From NCBI GenBank assembly GCA_016182495.1, contig JACPGK010000008.1, forward strand, positions 2,870 to 66,869: 64,000 bases of DNA, given 5' to 3'. A model generated the notes under the pieces. It worked only from the letters and a program-made list of their open reading frames with translations. It was not told the origin of the DNA and ran no database searches. This DNA is from Candidatus Kerfeldbacteria bacterium. GTDB lineage: Bacteria > Patescibacteriota > Patescibacteriia > UBA9570. The position numbers were made by a program, and so were the translations under genes. Below are positions 15,101-24,084 of this stretch, piece by piece (within the stretch, counting starts at the first letter, position 1; each line of letters starts with the position of its first letter).

Positions 15101-15801
15101 AATGTATCGTAATCGCGTAACTCTGCTACAGCCTTTGTAACATAGCTTTTAGCATCAGTAATAGCCAGACGATCATTATTATGTGCTAGTGCATTAAAAA
15201 AATATCCTGAATCATCAACAAAACCATTACCTTTGCGGTTCAGTGTTAAACGTTCCGATATACTACCATCAGAAATGTACGTAAAAAACAAAGAAAAGTT
15301 GGCTTCATCGTCAGTTCTATCCACCATTTGGGCGTTAGATAAAAATTCTACTGTATAGTGAGGGACAGTAACATCAATTCTATCCCCATCAGCAAAAATC
15401 AAGTGGCCATCTTCTAGGCCAGTAGCCATGGCTGGTTTGAGTGCTGCTTCCGTTTCTACATCAACCGCCACACCCCGCACGCCAGCTTCAGCGGCGGTTC
15501 CAGCCAGCCGTGCTTGAGCGGCCGTACCAGCTAACTCGGGTACATCTGGATGATCATGAACCACCGCTGCTACAGCAGCCACTTCTTCCCGAACAGCTGC
15601 TACGGTTGCAGTAGCGGCCTCAACTAAAGCCTCGCTTGGTTCTGGTACTGCAGCGACATCAAGCGCTGCCTTATCTGGTTTGTGTGGTAATTCTGCTGGT
15701 GTAGGCACCAAATCAGTGCGGGTTCTGCGCGCACCGGCACCAGAGCGTTTCTTTGGTTTACCTTGTTGTGGATCTCCGGATTCTGCAGATTTTTTAGCCA
15801 T
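9172..15801 (-). CDS. Giant multidomain protein (~2209 aa): PP2C/PPM phosphatase domain, coiled coils, Gly-rich hydrophobic segments, Pro/Ala/Thr linkers, LysM-like domain
   Basis: Uninterrupted 6.6-kb ORF; NED, DGAGG, GDAK, SDG, DNIT phosphatase motifs (~14400-13480); YTVHRREGFWHVVR LysM-like motif (~10220); start placed at ATG 15801, overlapping the upstream stop. Confidence 0.85.
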   Translation of the reverse strand: MAKKSAESGDPQQGKPKKRSGAGARRTRTDLVPTPAELPHKPDKAALDVAAVPEPSEALVEAATATVAAVREEVAAVAAVVHDHPDVPELAGTAAQARLAGTAAEAGVRGVAVDVETEAALKPAMATGLEDGHLIFADGDRIDVTVPHYTVEFLSNAQMVDRTDDEANFSLFFTYISDGSISERLTLNRKGNGFVDDSGYFFNALAHNNDRLAITDAKSYVTKAVAELRDYDTLMELADIKNRPESLKDWRYFLTNLYFGETYITWSSNSNYLQYVQTKAATVPALQSYLCTGFRTLFNKQLADGYDHTSQFATLGVSEYVSDIPIPSHEELTEREIEHYQRGYQADLHHPYSYFRLPAFQEVRQAFQRFLNNLQLEDQEQCKRKVREACQKVGGEYNEIDPAVVRLWENLVPAGWIADYVARATVIEDATTLGLAEPEAAAIPASGVEPTPAVETGEPVPTGFEVFHPGDARAITDKQFGELKFVTDYVHLAGSTENGGAGSKYQTNEDVMFAGVGRDGAVFSGVIDGAGGSDAGRASALAGVNASMKAFQNDGTLDQALTAVHDTIKQTVPGGYACPVFLKLQPTGQVNYGWAGDAKLVTIRGGAVYRPGTSRPHNAVFEDLQSKVAADDLSPIEAAKLYYSHKVHTSDGWVGNNVVSRTSGYYVNRPSEHELDSFQAAVGDVMLLGSDGAITDLVSEYEIELIVAKHPGDVEAIRNDVIKLAYDRNNSTAPFIVRVGPGVNDIANLYSRTIQGRSSGSGDNITLQVIIVKHLQETTSRVSAPIERQPSIPEVNAEVRNYNIPGIRLYRPSDETVVLDDDREISMHLDTLSPIVKVTPDTFGRIDDTGGQRHQVDFHYQGDNNVLRLSVSDTSHTDGTITVVAFINNERVFGGTATVADLPAVVAEAKQKMAPEPVAAAETAPQFGIISAADESVATPAASSGDDTEATLTAAAVADAEETKVDTALKKRRGAVLEGMKTYFREAGGKEVRAVELITALTKALGAAFSGDQAAVATILERYLDTIERINAKLPNTQKLAALNVLVTERRKGKNPGQIDSTKVAKLAASLAKIYQMTDHASKATEVAPLQTMLDENLGSSDTDQAILAVPTSPALDAAEVAMSAAPVATEPTVPATAAIPLVPDRTTPAGISLWNDARISLPDGSQPEAIRVKIEELWTQRHQVGSATPNTAASEPTPTLPAPTPPESVSPAPTPPAPSFKPPTIGVATVPPELVRRMLNEQKVRQSYGTSGIINEKLSKIKYASSLEIANDGTITRLLTDLVQLTLTTPDRLSTSTVVVDLLARLGLEDRTVVTAALLKQRQAIREIATAQERAKDSKIIKLGKFLGKIGTIIGVGAGTTALTANPVLGVAAVIGARAGWLYQADRAIDQRQQKLMNAIVKQSDDVGINLRDILENLSVELAVAKQHEIDRLASENDRLELRIVECRDELLKRNTPEQQAALQQAIADGAAWHQRLTNETIDEQIRQLGNSDRVSAEMAADLQASRAARAAGVAALYTVKQNDATLKEQTIRQNGGIVTKLFDKVTQASLFRGGQRLNEQVTTAAAFTVAGYIGRSVPILREVVLGIGTMKLGEVAAKAMLAGEQRRRYVSIDQLKSITDTDTGRRYLTRARAQLADAMWQADHPKEYAALREQVDRLLVEQISQASLASDAGVAVMNQLNDDLAKAVKRFGHLQRTDRAVIRWSQILGGAVGAIVGPDVMDLVGEHVKDWLSTAGKFWFSPEPAAPAPTTPAPAAPVEQPSTPPTASSTTEAPAVAAATPASVTPVAETVAPPVAPASTTPPAEPAAATAAPVAVRTVPAAVAETVTPVTAPVTPPAESVAPPVASAVVPSNEQWQDYTVHRREGFWHVVRDQLRAKPDWTNGGKNIEQKVLEILTKTTITVDGKQVHIIDPATHKQVWVMQPDKYTIIVGGTADDPTLLIYDAQTHQLLNNGEAFDKAFEQVPLRPVQSTVVETAAASPTRPITGELLVDGVNRAAYIAAQITNNPWTLDASSRAALSQQAGAQFDAAIAARPLEATSTGSDADGVAVSTSGERVLIDEGVFDGTRGTGGGGDEAVTRTGAEEAEPGTAAETVGVETLTGVAAERSLWLRGYDNFVSQMKALISAGNGRYDVHGVRYRLDRDGDVEIVKMAGPLPAPGSRVEVSLTSYGVLAGEVITPQIEDANYKISGKQLRYVNIRVEQIAKG

Positions 15802-15985
15802 GTTTGCGATGTAAATCTTCCAAAATTGATTCAATGTTAGCTTGATCGATTTTTGTTAACGCTTGATTAATCATGGTGTGCTGTTGGCGCTTCAGTTCAT
15901 CAATTTCTTTTTTAAATTCGGCGTAGATTTGGCGAATGCGCTTAATGCGCTGTTTTGCCTGAGCCGGCGTTAAGGCCTGGGCCAT
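15794..15985 (-). CDS. Small coiled-coil hypothetical protein
   Basis: 63-aa amphipathic helical ORF, 8 bp after the DUF5663-like gene and overlapping the giant gene start. Confidence 0.7.
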   Translation of the reverse strand: MAQALTPAQAKQRIKRIRQIYAEFKKEIDELKRQQHTMINQALTKIDQANIESILEDLHRKHG

Positions 15986-15993
15986 ATAAATGG

Positions 15994-16350
15994 TTAAACA
16001 GTTTTGTTTTGAAGGACGTTAGCTTGCTGCACCGCAGTCAAAAATTCTTTCGCAAACTGTTCTAATCCAGCCGCCGTTTTCTGTGATATATTTTCTATCC
16101 GGCTACTTAAAAATGCTTGCATAGCGGCTGTATTCGGTTGGTCAACATCAATAAATTGAGCCCGAAATTGGTCAGCATCATTACCTGATAATTCCGCCAT
16201 CATTAATAAACCAAGACGGCGAGCAATTTGATCGGATAATTTATTGCGATAAACCAGCAAAGCCTCTTCACCCATGGTTTGTAACCCAGCCTGCTGTATT
16301 AACCAATCAGCAAATTCTTCGATGGTTTGTGTATTATTTGATGTATTCAT
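15994..16350 (-). CDS. DUF5663-like CPR helical protein
   Basis: LIQQAGL..EE..L..QIARRLGL..MAELS..D..QF pattern recalled from DUF5663; near-consensus promoter upstream. Confidence 0.65.
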   Translation of the reverse strand: MNTSNNTQTIEEFADWLIQQAGLQTMGEEALLVYRNKLSDQIARRLGLLMMAELSGNDADQFRAQFIDVDQPNTAAMQAFLSSRIENISQKTAAGLEQFAKEFLTAVQQANVLQNKTV

Positions 16351-16357
16351 GATCTAT

Positions 16358-16386
16358 AGAATAAACGAAAAATCAAAAAATGTCAA
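16358..16386 (-). promoter_or_regulatory. Sigma-70 promoter of the DUF5663/giant-protein operon (leaderless)
   Basis: Minus strand TTGACA (16381-16386), 17 bp, TATTCT (16358-16363), 7 nt, ATG. Confidence 0.75.
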
Positions 16387-16424
16387 GTTTTCGTCCATGC
16401 TAGTTCCAGATTTTAGTACTTTTT

Positions 16425-16488
16425 CTACAAGAGTTCGTATATTCTGCGCATGACAGCAGCATAAAGAATTTATGAGCGTTTGATCCAT
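16425..16488 (-). pseudogene. Possible remnant of a HEPN (HI0074-type) toxin gene
   Basis: ATG at 16488 overlapping the MNT 3' end gives MDQTLINS; a shifted frame gives YAAVMRRIYELL-stop, resembling a HEPN C-terminal helix. Confidence 0.35.
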
Positions 16489-16769
16489 ACCACGGGATTT
16501 TGTAATACATTGTTTCGAAAAGAATCATCGACTTGATCAAAATCAATAATATCAACAAAAAATGGAAATGTTGAATTTTCAAATTCTTCTTTTAAACGCA
16601 TGATGTCTTTTTTTTCTATATCGCCCTGAATCCCAATATCGACATCACCAAAATGATCTCGCACGATACTGGACCCAAAAAGAAAAGCTTGAGTGTTAGG
16701 TTTATCAGCAAAATGCTCTTGAATCTTAGTTGTAATAAAATCTAAATATTTCCTTTGTTTTTGAATCAT
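16470..16769 (-). CDS. Minimal nucleotidyltransferase (MNT, type VII TA antitoxin family)
   Basis: LFGS..R....DVDIG motif and PFFVDIID; 99 aa; AT-rich. Confidence 0.85.
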   Translation of the reverse strand: MIQKQRKYLDFITTKIQEHFADKPNTQAFLFGSSIVRDHFGDVDIGIQGDIEKKDIMRLKEEFENSTFPFFVDIIDFDQVDDSFRNNVLQNPVVWIKRS

Positions 16770-16873
16770 TATAGGTATGATACCATCTTACTTGATATTC
16801 TGTAAATTCAGTTTTTGCCTTATCCACAGAACTACTGGACCAAAACGACTAAATCGCCTAAACTATAGGCGCC

Positions 16874-17110
16874 ATGAATAGTATTGTAGTTCAAACGATC
16901 CAATTATTCGGTGTGATTACTGCTTATATTATTAGCCCATTAGTACTATTTTTACCACTAGGTTGGTGGATCGGCCAGCGCTTTGATGACAGCCGATGGT
17001 TATTTGGAGCGATTGCGGTAGCCTTTGTGGTATCGTTAGTGATTGTAACGCGCCTGCTACCTAGCACTATTAAACGTTTTGTAAGCAAACATCAGTCCCA
17101 TGGCCAGTGA
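16874..17110 (+). CDS. AtpZ/AtpI-family small membrane protein
   Basis: Two TM helices, LGWWIGQRF motif, first gene of atp operon. Confidence 0.65.
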   Translation: MNSIVVQTIQLFGVITAYIISPLVLFLPLGWWIGQRFDDSRWLFGAIAVAFVVSLVIVTRLLPSTIKRFVSKHQSHGQ

Positions 17111-17888
17111 GTATACCGAGAGCGATAGTGGCGTAGCCATTAGTTTAAAGCCTGAAGTGCTTGGCCACCTTGGCCCTTTGCCGGTGACCAATTCTTTTTT
17201 ATTTTCGCTAGTGATTATGGTTGGTTTGGTGGTAACATTCGCCATTGGGGCTCGGCGCTTAAAAGCCGTGCCCGGTAAAATTCAAGTACTGGGTGAAGCG
17301 TTAGTGATGGGAATGTATAATTTTGTGCTAACCACCACCGGTAACAATAAACGAGCGGCTAATTTTATTTTTCCAATTTTTTTAACCCTGTTTTTATTTA
17401 TTCTCACCTCCAACCTGATGGGCTTTTTACCGGGCACCACTTCGATTCATTATGGTGAGCATCATTTTTTCCGTCCACCCACAGCCGATTTTGGCTTTAT
17501 ATTTTCGGTTACTCTATTGGTATTTGCCCTAATCCAATTGGCTGGTTTTTATTTTTCTGGGATTGGCTATTTGAAAAAATTTTTCGATTGGTCGAGTCCG
17601 ATTAATTTTGCTATCGGTTTACTGGAACTGGTCGGTGAATTAGCTAAAATGATGTCGTTATCGTTTCGGTTGTTCGGCAATATTTTTGCTGAAGAAGTGT
17701 TAGCGTTAGTGGTATTATCATTAGTACCGTTTATTGCCCCGGTGCCTTTTTCGTTGATTGGTTTTTTGGTATCAATTGTGCAAGCTTTTATTTATCCAAT
17801 TTTGGTATTAATCTATATAACGTTAGCCCTGGCTCACGGCAGTCACTCACCTACTCCGGAGCCAAGTTCAGCGTTAAATACTAATTAA
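17100..17888 (+). CDS. atpB: ATP synthase F0 subunit a
   Basis: FRPPTAD, GLLELVGE, SLSFRLFGNIFA, QAF; operon position. Confidence 0.95.
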   Translation: MASEYTESDSGVAISLKPEVLGHLGPLPVTNSFLFSLVIMVGLVVTFAIGARRLKAVPGKIQVLGEALVMGMYNFVLTTTGNNKRAANFIFPIFLTLFLFILTSNLMGFLPGTTSIHYGEHHFFRPPTADFGFIFSVTLLVFALIQLAGFYFSGIGYLKKFFDWSSPINFAIGLLELVGELAKMMSLSFRLFGNIFAEEVLALVVLSLVPFIAPVPFSLIGFLVSIVQAFIYPILVLIYITLALAHGSHSPTPEPSSALNTN

Positions 17889-17905
17889 TTTTAATGTTCT
17901 ATGTT

Positions 17906-18136
17906 ATGGAAGTAGAAGCCGTACGTATCCTCACCGCCGGTTTTATGATGGCCATCGGTGTTAGCTTACCAGCCTTCAGCATGGGCTTGATTGCTTCAAA
18001 AACGTTTGAAGCCATTGGTCGTAACCCCAGCATCAAAGATGATGTGTTTACCAAAATGGTCGTGGCCATGGCCTTGGTTGACTCGCTGGCGATTTACTGT
18101 TTAGTGGTATCGTTAATCTTGTTGTTTGCCGTGTAA
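17906..18136 (+). CDS. atpE: ATP synthase F0 subunit c
   Basis: Helical hairpin with IGRNP loop and carboxylate in ALVDSLAIY; alternative start at 17894. Confidence 0.95.
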   Translation: MEVEAVRILTAGFMMAIGVSLPAFSMGLIASKTFEAIGRNPSIKDDVFTKMVVAMALVDSLAIYCLVVSLILLFAV

Positions 18137-18140
18137 AATT

Positions 18141-18207
18141 TTGGTGACTAATGATGTTACCTGACGAACTGTATCATACACTTCACAGGTAACAGATTAA
18201 CCACTAA
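18141..18207 (+). promoter_or_regulatory. Long stem-loop between atpE and atpF
   Basis: tgttacctg(18155-18163)/caggtaaca(18186-18194) core with inner gaa/ttc and tgta/taca, outer taat/atta and ttggtg/cactaa. Confidence 0.6.
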
Positions 18208-18216
18208 ACCACCTTT

Positions 18217-18723
18217 ATGGAAAAAATGCTCGGGGCCTTTGGGGTCGATTACAAATTACTGATAGCAAACTTTGTTAACTTTGGCATTTTATTATTTGTG
18301 CTGTACAAAATCGGCTACAAACCAATGCTCAAGTTTATCAATGACCGCACCAAAACTATCGAAGATGGTCTCAAAAATGCTGCCCTGGCGAAACAAAACA
18401 TCGCCGAAGCTACTCAACAGCAGCAAGCTATGCTTACTACTGCTCGGCAAGAAGCTCAAAGCATTGTAGTAGCAGCCAACGATCAAGCGATCAAGCAAAG
18501 TCAACTGTTAATTGAAAAAAGTAAACTTGAGGCCAAAAAAGTGATCGATCAAGCCAAACTGAATATTCGCCAAGAACATGATCAAATGATGCAGCAAGCC
18601 AAAGCCGAATTAACTGATTTAGTGTTGCTGGCCACCGAAAAAGTATTACAGCAAAAATTAGATCAATCGGCCGATGAAGCCTTGTTGAAAAAAGTCGTTG
18701 CCCAATATGAAAATCACTCCTAA
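18217..18723 (+). CDS. atpF: ATP synthase F0 subunit b
   Basis: N-terminal TM (NFGILLFVL..YKP), long coiled coil. Confidence 0.93.
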   Translation: MEKMLGAFGVDYKLLIANFVNFGILLFVLYKIGYKPMLKFINDRTKTIEDGLKNAALAKQNIAEATQQQQAMLTTARQEAQSIVVAANDQAIKQSQLLIEKSKLEAKKVIDQAKLNIRQEHDQMMQQAKAELTDLVLLATEKVLQQKLDQSADEALLKKVVAQYENHS

Positions 18724-19099
18724 ATACTACGCTCAAACTTGGCTGGAACGATTGCAACAGCAACCAGCTGATCAGTGGCCGGAGCTATCACTAGGCCTGT
18801 TGCGCGAATTGCAACGTCGTAATCGTATAAAATGGTTACCAGAAATTGTTCGGTTATTAGAAGAACAATTGCATCGCCAAGCTGGCATTACTCCTCTTCG
18901 CGTCACTTCGGCTCAACCATTATCACCAGCCGTCATTGAACAGTGCGTTGAGAAGTTATTTCCAATATCCCGTGTGATGCTTACCCAACAGCATGATTCA
19001 GCCGTGGTGGGTGGAATACGATTAGAAACCGCCAACCAACGCTGGGATTTTTCATTACGTCAACAACTCAATCAATTAGCTAATACACTCAAGCAATAA
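18707..19099 (+). CDS. atpH: ATP synthase F1 subunit delta (short form)
   Basis: YYAQ start motif, VTSAQPL, VVGGIRL..WDFSL; position between atpF and atpA. Confidence 0.85.
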   Translation: MKITPKYYAQTWLERLQQQPADQWPELSLGLLRELQRRNRIKWLPEIVRLLEEQLHRQAGITPLRVTSAQPLSPAVIEQCVEKLFPISRVMLTQQHDSAVVGGIRLETANQRWDFSLRQQLNQLANTLKQ

Positions 19100-19108
19100 T
19101 TAATTTTT

Positions 19109-20611
19109 ATGGCAGAAATTGTCGAACACATCAAAAGTCAAATCCAACAGTTTAAAGCCACGTTGGTCACGGAAGAAATTGGCACAGTGGTAGAAGTGAA
19201 CGATGGTATTGTGCGGGCCATTGGTTTGGCCAATGTACGCGCTTCTGAAATGGTAGAATTCGACAATGGCGTAAGAGGCGTAGCTCTCAATTTAGAAGAA
19301 GGCACGGTGGGTATTATGGTGATGGGAGATTACGCCGGTATCACCGAAGGGATGAAAATCAAAACTCTCGGTACTATTTTAGAAGTGCCGGTAGGCAACG
19401 GTTTGATTGGCCGCGTAGTCAATGCTTTAGGCGAAGCCAAAGATGGTAAAGGGCCTATTACAGCAACGGCTCATTACCCAATGGAACGCATTGCCCCGGG
19501 AGTAATTACCAGAAAATCTGTTCATCAACCGGTACAAACTGGAATAAAGTCAATCGATGCCATGACGCCAATTGGTCGGGGTCAACGCGAACTGATTATT
19601 GGTGATCGTCAAACTGGTAAAACAGCCATTGCCATTGATACTATTCTGAACCAAAAAGGTGAGGATATGATTTGTATTTATGTGGCGATTGGTCAAAAAG
19701 AAAGTAAGGTAGCTCAATTAGTGGCCAAATTAGAACAACTTGGGGCGATGGAGTACACTATTATAGTATCGGCTAGTGCTTCCGAACCGGCAGCCTTGAG
19801 TTATTTAGCACCGTACGCTGGTTGCAGTATGGGTGAATACTTTTTGGATAACGGTAAAGATGCTTTGATTATTTATGATGATTTATCGAAGCACGCGGTA
19901 GCTTATCGCCAAATTTCTTTGTTACTACGCCGCCCACCAGGCCGCGAAGCCTACCCCGGCGATGTATTTTACTTGCATTCTCGTTTACTTGAACGGGCCG
20001 CGAAACTGAACGAAACCAATGGTCATGGTTCGTTAACGGCTTTACCAATTATCGAAACTCAAGCCAACGACGTTTCAGCCTACATTCCAACCAATGTGAT
20101 CTCTATTACTGATGGCCAAATTTACCTCGAAACCAGCTTATTTAATAAAGGCTTTCGACCGGCCGTGAACGTAGGGTTATCGGTATCGCGGGTTGGTGGA
20201 GCTGCTCAAATTAAAGCCATGAAACGAGTGGCTGGTAATTTACGTTTGGCTCTAGCCCAGTATCGCGAATTAGAAGCCTTTAGCCAATTTGGTTCCGATT
20301 TAGATGAATCCACTAAACAACAACTTGAACGTGGCAAGCGTTTAGAAGAATTACTCAAGCAAGATCAATATCAACCATTGCGGGCGGAACAACAGGTGAT
20401 TCAAATTTACACCGCCGTGAATGGTTTACTGGATGATGTGGCCGTACCAGAGGTGAAAAATTTCGTTCAAAAACTGCTGGAGTATACTGAACAACAGGCG
20501 CCGGATTTACTCGAAACCATTCGTCGAGAAAAAAACTTTGATGACGCCTGGGAAGAAAAATTAAAAGCCACCGTGGCTGCGTATAAATCGATTACTGTGC
20601 CCAAGGTATAA
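19109..20611 (+). CDS. atpA: ATP synthase F1 subunit alpha
   Basis: [30 protein letters not shown]. Confidence 0.98.
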   Translation: MAEIVEHIKSQIQQFKATLVTEEIGTVVEVNDGIVRAIGLANVRASEMVEFDNGVRGVALNLEEGTVGIMVMGDYAGITEGMKIKTLGTILEVPVGNGLIGRVVNALGEAKDGKGPITATAHYPMERIAPGVITRKSVHQPVQTGIKSIDAMTPIGRGQRELIIGDRQTGKTAIAIDTILNQKGEDMICIYVAIGQKESKVAQLVAKLEQLGAMEYTIIVSASASEPAALSYLAPYAGCSMGEYFLDNGKDALIIYDDLSKHAVAYRQISLLLRRPPGREAYPGDVFYLHSRLLERAAKLNETNGHGSLTALPIIETQANDVSAYIPTNVISITDGQIYLETSLFNKGFRPAVNVGLSVSRVGGAAQIKAMKRVAGNLRLALAQYRELEAFSQFGSDLDESTKQQLERGKRLEELLKQDQYQPLRAEQQVIQIYTAVNGLLDDVAVPEVKNFVQKLLEYTEQQAPDLLETIRREKNFDDAWEEKLKATVAAYKSITVPKV

Positions 20612-20613
20612 CT

Positions 20614-21543
20614 ATGGCGTTGAATACACGAGAAATTAAAGGTCGACTACGCTCGATTAAAAATACTCAAAAGATTACCCATACCATGGAGCTAGTGGCC
20701 GCTGCTAAAATGCGCCGCGCAGTGACCGGGGCGATTAATAGCCGAACCTATAGCACCCTGGCCTGGGATTTAGTACAACGGTTACGACAGGCCGTGCAGT
20801 TTAACGATGATGATCCCCGACAATTTTGGTTTGATCAATCAACCAGTATTACCAAACAACCGCACACTACTGTATTAGTGTTTACATCGAATCGCGGTTT
20901 GTGCGGCGCCTTTAACAATAATGTGATTAAACAAACGGTCAAATTTTTAAAAACGGTTCCTACTGAAGCTGTCACAATTGTGTGTGTTGGAAAAAAGGGA
21001 GCCGGTACGTTAAGTACTTTAGGCTACACAGTACATCAAGCTTACGCTAAAGCAGATTCGGCCCGTAATGATGAATCTATTCAAGAGCTAGCCGAATATG
21101 TGTATGAAGAATTTACCCAGCAACGTACTCATCGGGTAGTAGTGGCCTATACCGATTACCAATCGTCAATTAGTCAAACCGCTGTCATTCGACAGTTGTA
21201 TCCTTTAACAAGCCAAAATACCATTAGCCAGGCGGTTGATAATGCTGACGCAGCTAAACCAAAAATTACCCCTCCAACCAAGCATGCTGTATACAAATAT
21301 GAACCATCAGCGGAAGCGGTGCTCGAATACATTGTTCCTCGAATTGCTGAAGTACAGTTGTACCAAGCTTTATTAGAAAGTAATGCCTCCGAGCACAGCG
21401 CCCGCATGCTGGCCATGAAAAGCGCCACCGATGCCGCTGGTGATATGTCGGATGAATTGGTGCTGGCCTTTAATCGGGCTCGGCAAGCAGCTATTACTAA
21501 AGAAATTGCTGAAATTTCTGCCGGCAGCGCGGCGTTATCTTAA
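20614..21543 (+). CDS. atpG: ATP synthase F1 subunit gamma
   Basis: KITHTMELVAAAK, RGLCGAFN, SEHSARMLAM, RQAAITKEI. Confidence 0.97.
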   Translation: MALNTREIKGRLRSIKNTQKITHTMELVAAAKMRRAVTGAINSRTYSTLAWDLVQRLRQAVQFNDDDPRQFWFDQSTSITKQPHTTVLVFTSNRGLCGAFNNNVIKQTVKFLKTVPTEAVTIVCVGKKGAGTLSTLGYTVHQAYAKADSARNDESIQELAEYVYEEFTQQRTHRVVVAYTDYQSSISQTAVIRQLYPLTSQNTISQAVDNADAAKPKITPPTKHAVYKYEPSAEAVLEYIVPRIAEVQLYQALLESNASEHSARMLAMKSATDAAGDMSDELVLAFNRARQAAITKEIAEISAGSAALS

Positions 21544-21554
21544 ATTTTTAATAA

Positions 21555-22946
<1,392 letters not shown>

Positions 22947-22950
22947 TGCC

Positions 22951-23373
22951 ATGAGCGCTAAACGTCTCCAGTTAAAATTGGTGAGTCCCGTAAAAACGTT
23001 ATTTGAAGAAGACGTTGACGGAGTAACTTTGCCCACTACCGTTGGACAAATTACGGTGCTACCACACCACATGTTTTTAGTGAGCACCCTGGTGCCAGGC
23101 GAACTATTGGTACAAAATAATGGCCAAACCTTTCCTGTGGCCGTAGCTGGTGGTGTAATTGAAGTATACAATAATCATTTAGTAGTGCTGGCCGATTCAG
23201 CCGAACACGTTAGTGATATTGATGTACAAGCGGCCGAACAAGCGGCCGAACGGTTAGCCAAACAGTTAGCAGACGAAGCTAAACTTGATCTTACTACCTA
23301 CAACGCCTTGCAAAAAAATCTTGAATTTGAACGGATTCGAGCCGAGTTGGGTAAAAAATGGCGCAAAATTTAA
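22951..23373 (+). CDS. atpC: ATP synthase F1 subunit epsilon
   Basis: LVSP..LF, GQITVLPHH, GG..EV, LADSAE. Confidence 0.95.
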   Translation: MSAKRLQLKLVSPVKTLFEEDVDGVTLPTTVGQITVLPHHMFLVSTLVPGELLVQNNGQTFPVAVAGGVIEVYNNHLVVLADSAEHVSDIDVQAAEQAAERLAKQLADEAKLDLTTYNALQKNLEFERIRAELGKKWRKI

Positions 23374-23385
23374 GCTAGTGGCGGT

Positions 23386-24084
23386 TTAAAATTTTCGGAC
23401 TACGATTTCTTGTTGTTGTCGTACTTTAATAATACTATTGGCTGGCACCAAGCCGCGTACTAACGCACCAGGGTACACGGTAGTACAACGTCCAATCACT
23501 GTGCCGGGATGCAAGGTGGCGTGGCTGCCAATCTCGCAACAATCTCCAATCATCGCTCCTAGCTTGAGTAAACCAGTAGGATACGATTGTTCGCCAAGCT
23601 TGATGATAATTGCTGAATTATCACTTTTTTGATTAGCGGTTAACGCTCCTCCACCAAAATGCACTTGGTAACCTAGCACGCTATCACCAACATAATTCAA
23701 ATGCCCCAACCGTACTCCATTGAACAGTACGCTATTTTTCAATTCGCAGCTATGACCAATACTAACCGTATCACCCATAATCACAGCTGGACGCAATACA
23801 CTATGAGCTCGAATAACACAATCGGCTCCAATCAACGCTGGCCCTTCAATTACTACATATGGACCAATCACGGTACGTTCGCCAATCACTACGCCATCAC
23901 CAATGATGGCAGTAGAATGCACTTGGGCCGATGGTGCTAGCCTAGTAGTGGTAGATAGTTGACTGGATACTTTGAGCAAAATTTCCCATGGATAGGTACA
24001 ACCGTGCAGACAATTTGGAACAGTGGTGTGTTGGGGATCAAATAGTTGGTCGATACTGGGCAGTGTTTCCATTAATGATTCCAT
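23386..24084 (-). CDS. Left-handed beta-helix acetyltransferase (stand-alone GlmU C-terminal-like domain)
   Basis: Hexapeptide repeats, YPWEIL, HLNYVGDSVLG, GALTAN, KLGAMIGD. Confidence 0.8.
   Translation of the reverse strand: MESLMETLPSIDQLFDPQHTTVPNCLHGCTYPWEILLKVSSQLSTTTRLAPSAQVHSTAIIGDGVVIGERTVIGPYVVIEGPALIGADCVIRAHSVLRPAVIMGDTVSIGHSCELKNSVLFNGVRLGHLNYVGDSVLGYQVHFGGGALTANQKSDNSAIIIKLGEQSYPTGLLKLGAMIGDCCEIGSHATLHPGTVIGRCTTVYPGALVRGLVPANSIIKVRQQQEIVVRKF

Noticed and set aside
16820-16828. Perfect DnaA box TTATCCACA upstream of the atp operon, as possible oriC
   Set aside because: Single box, no cluster and no dnaA/dnaN nearby; at most a regulatory site
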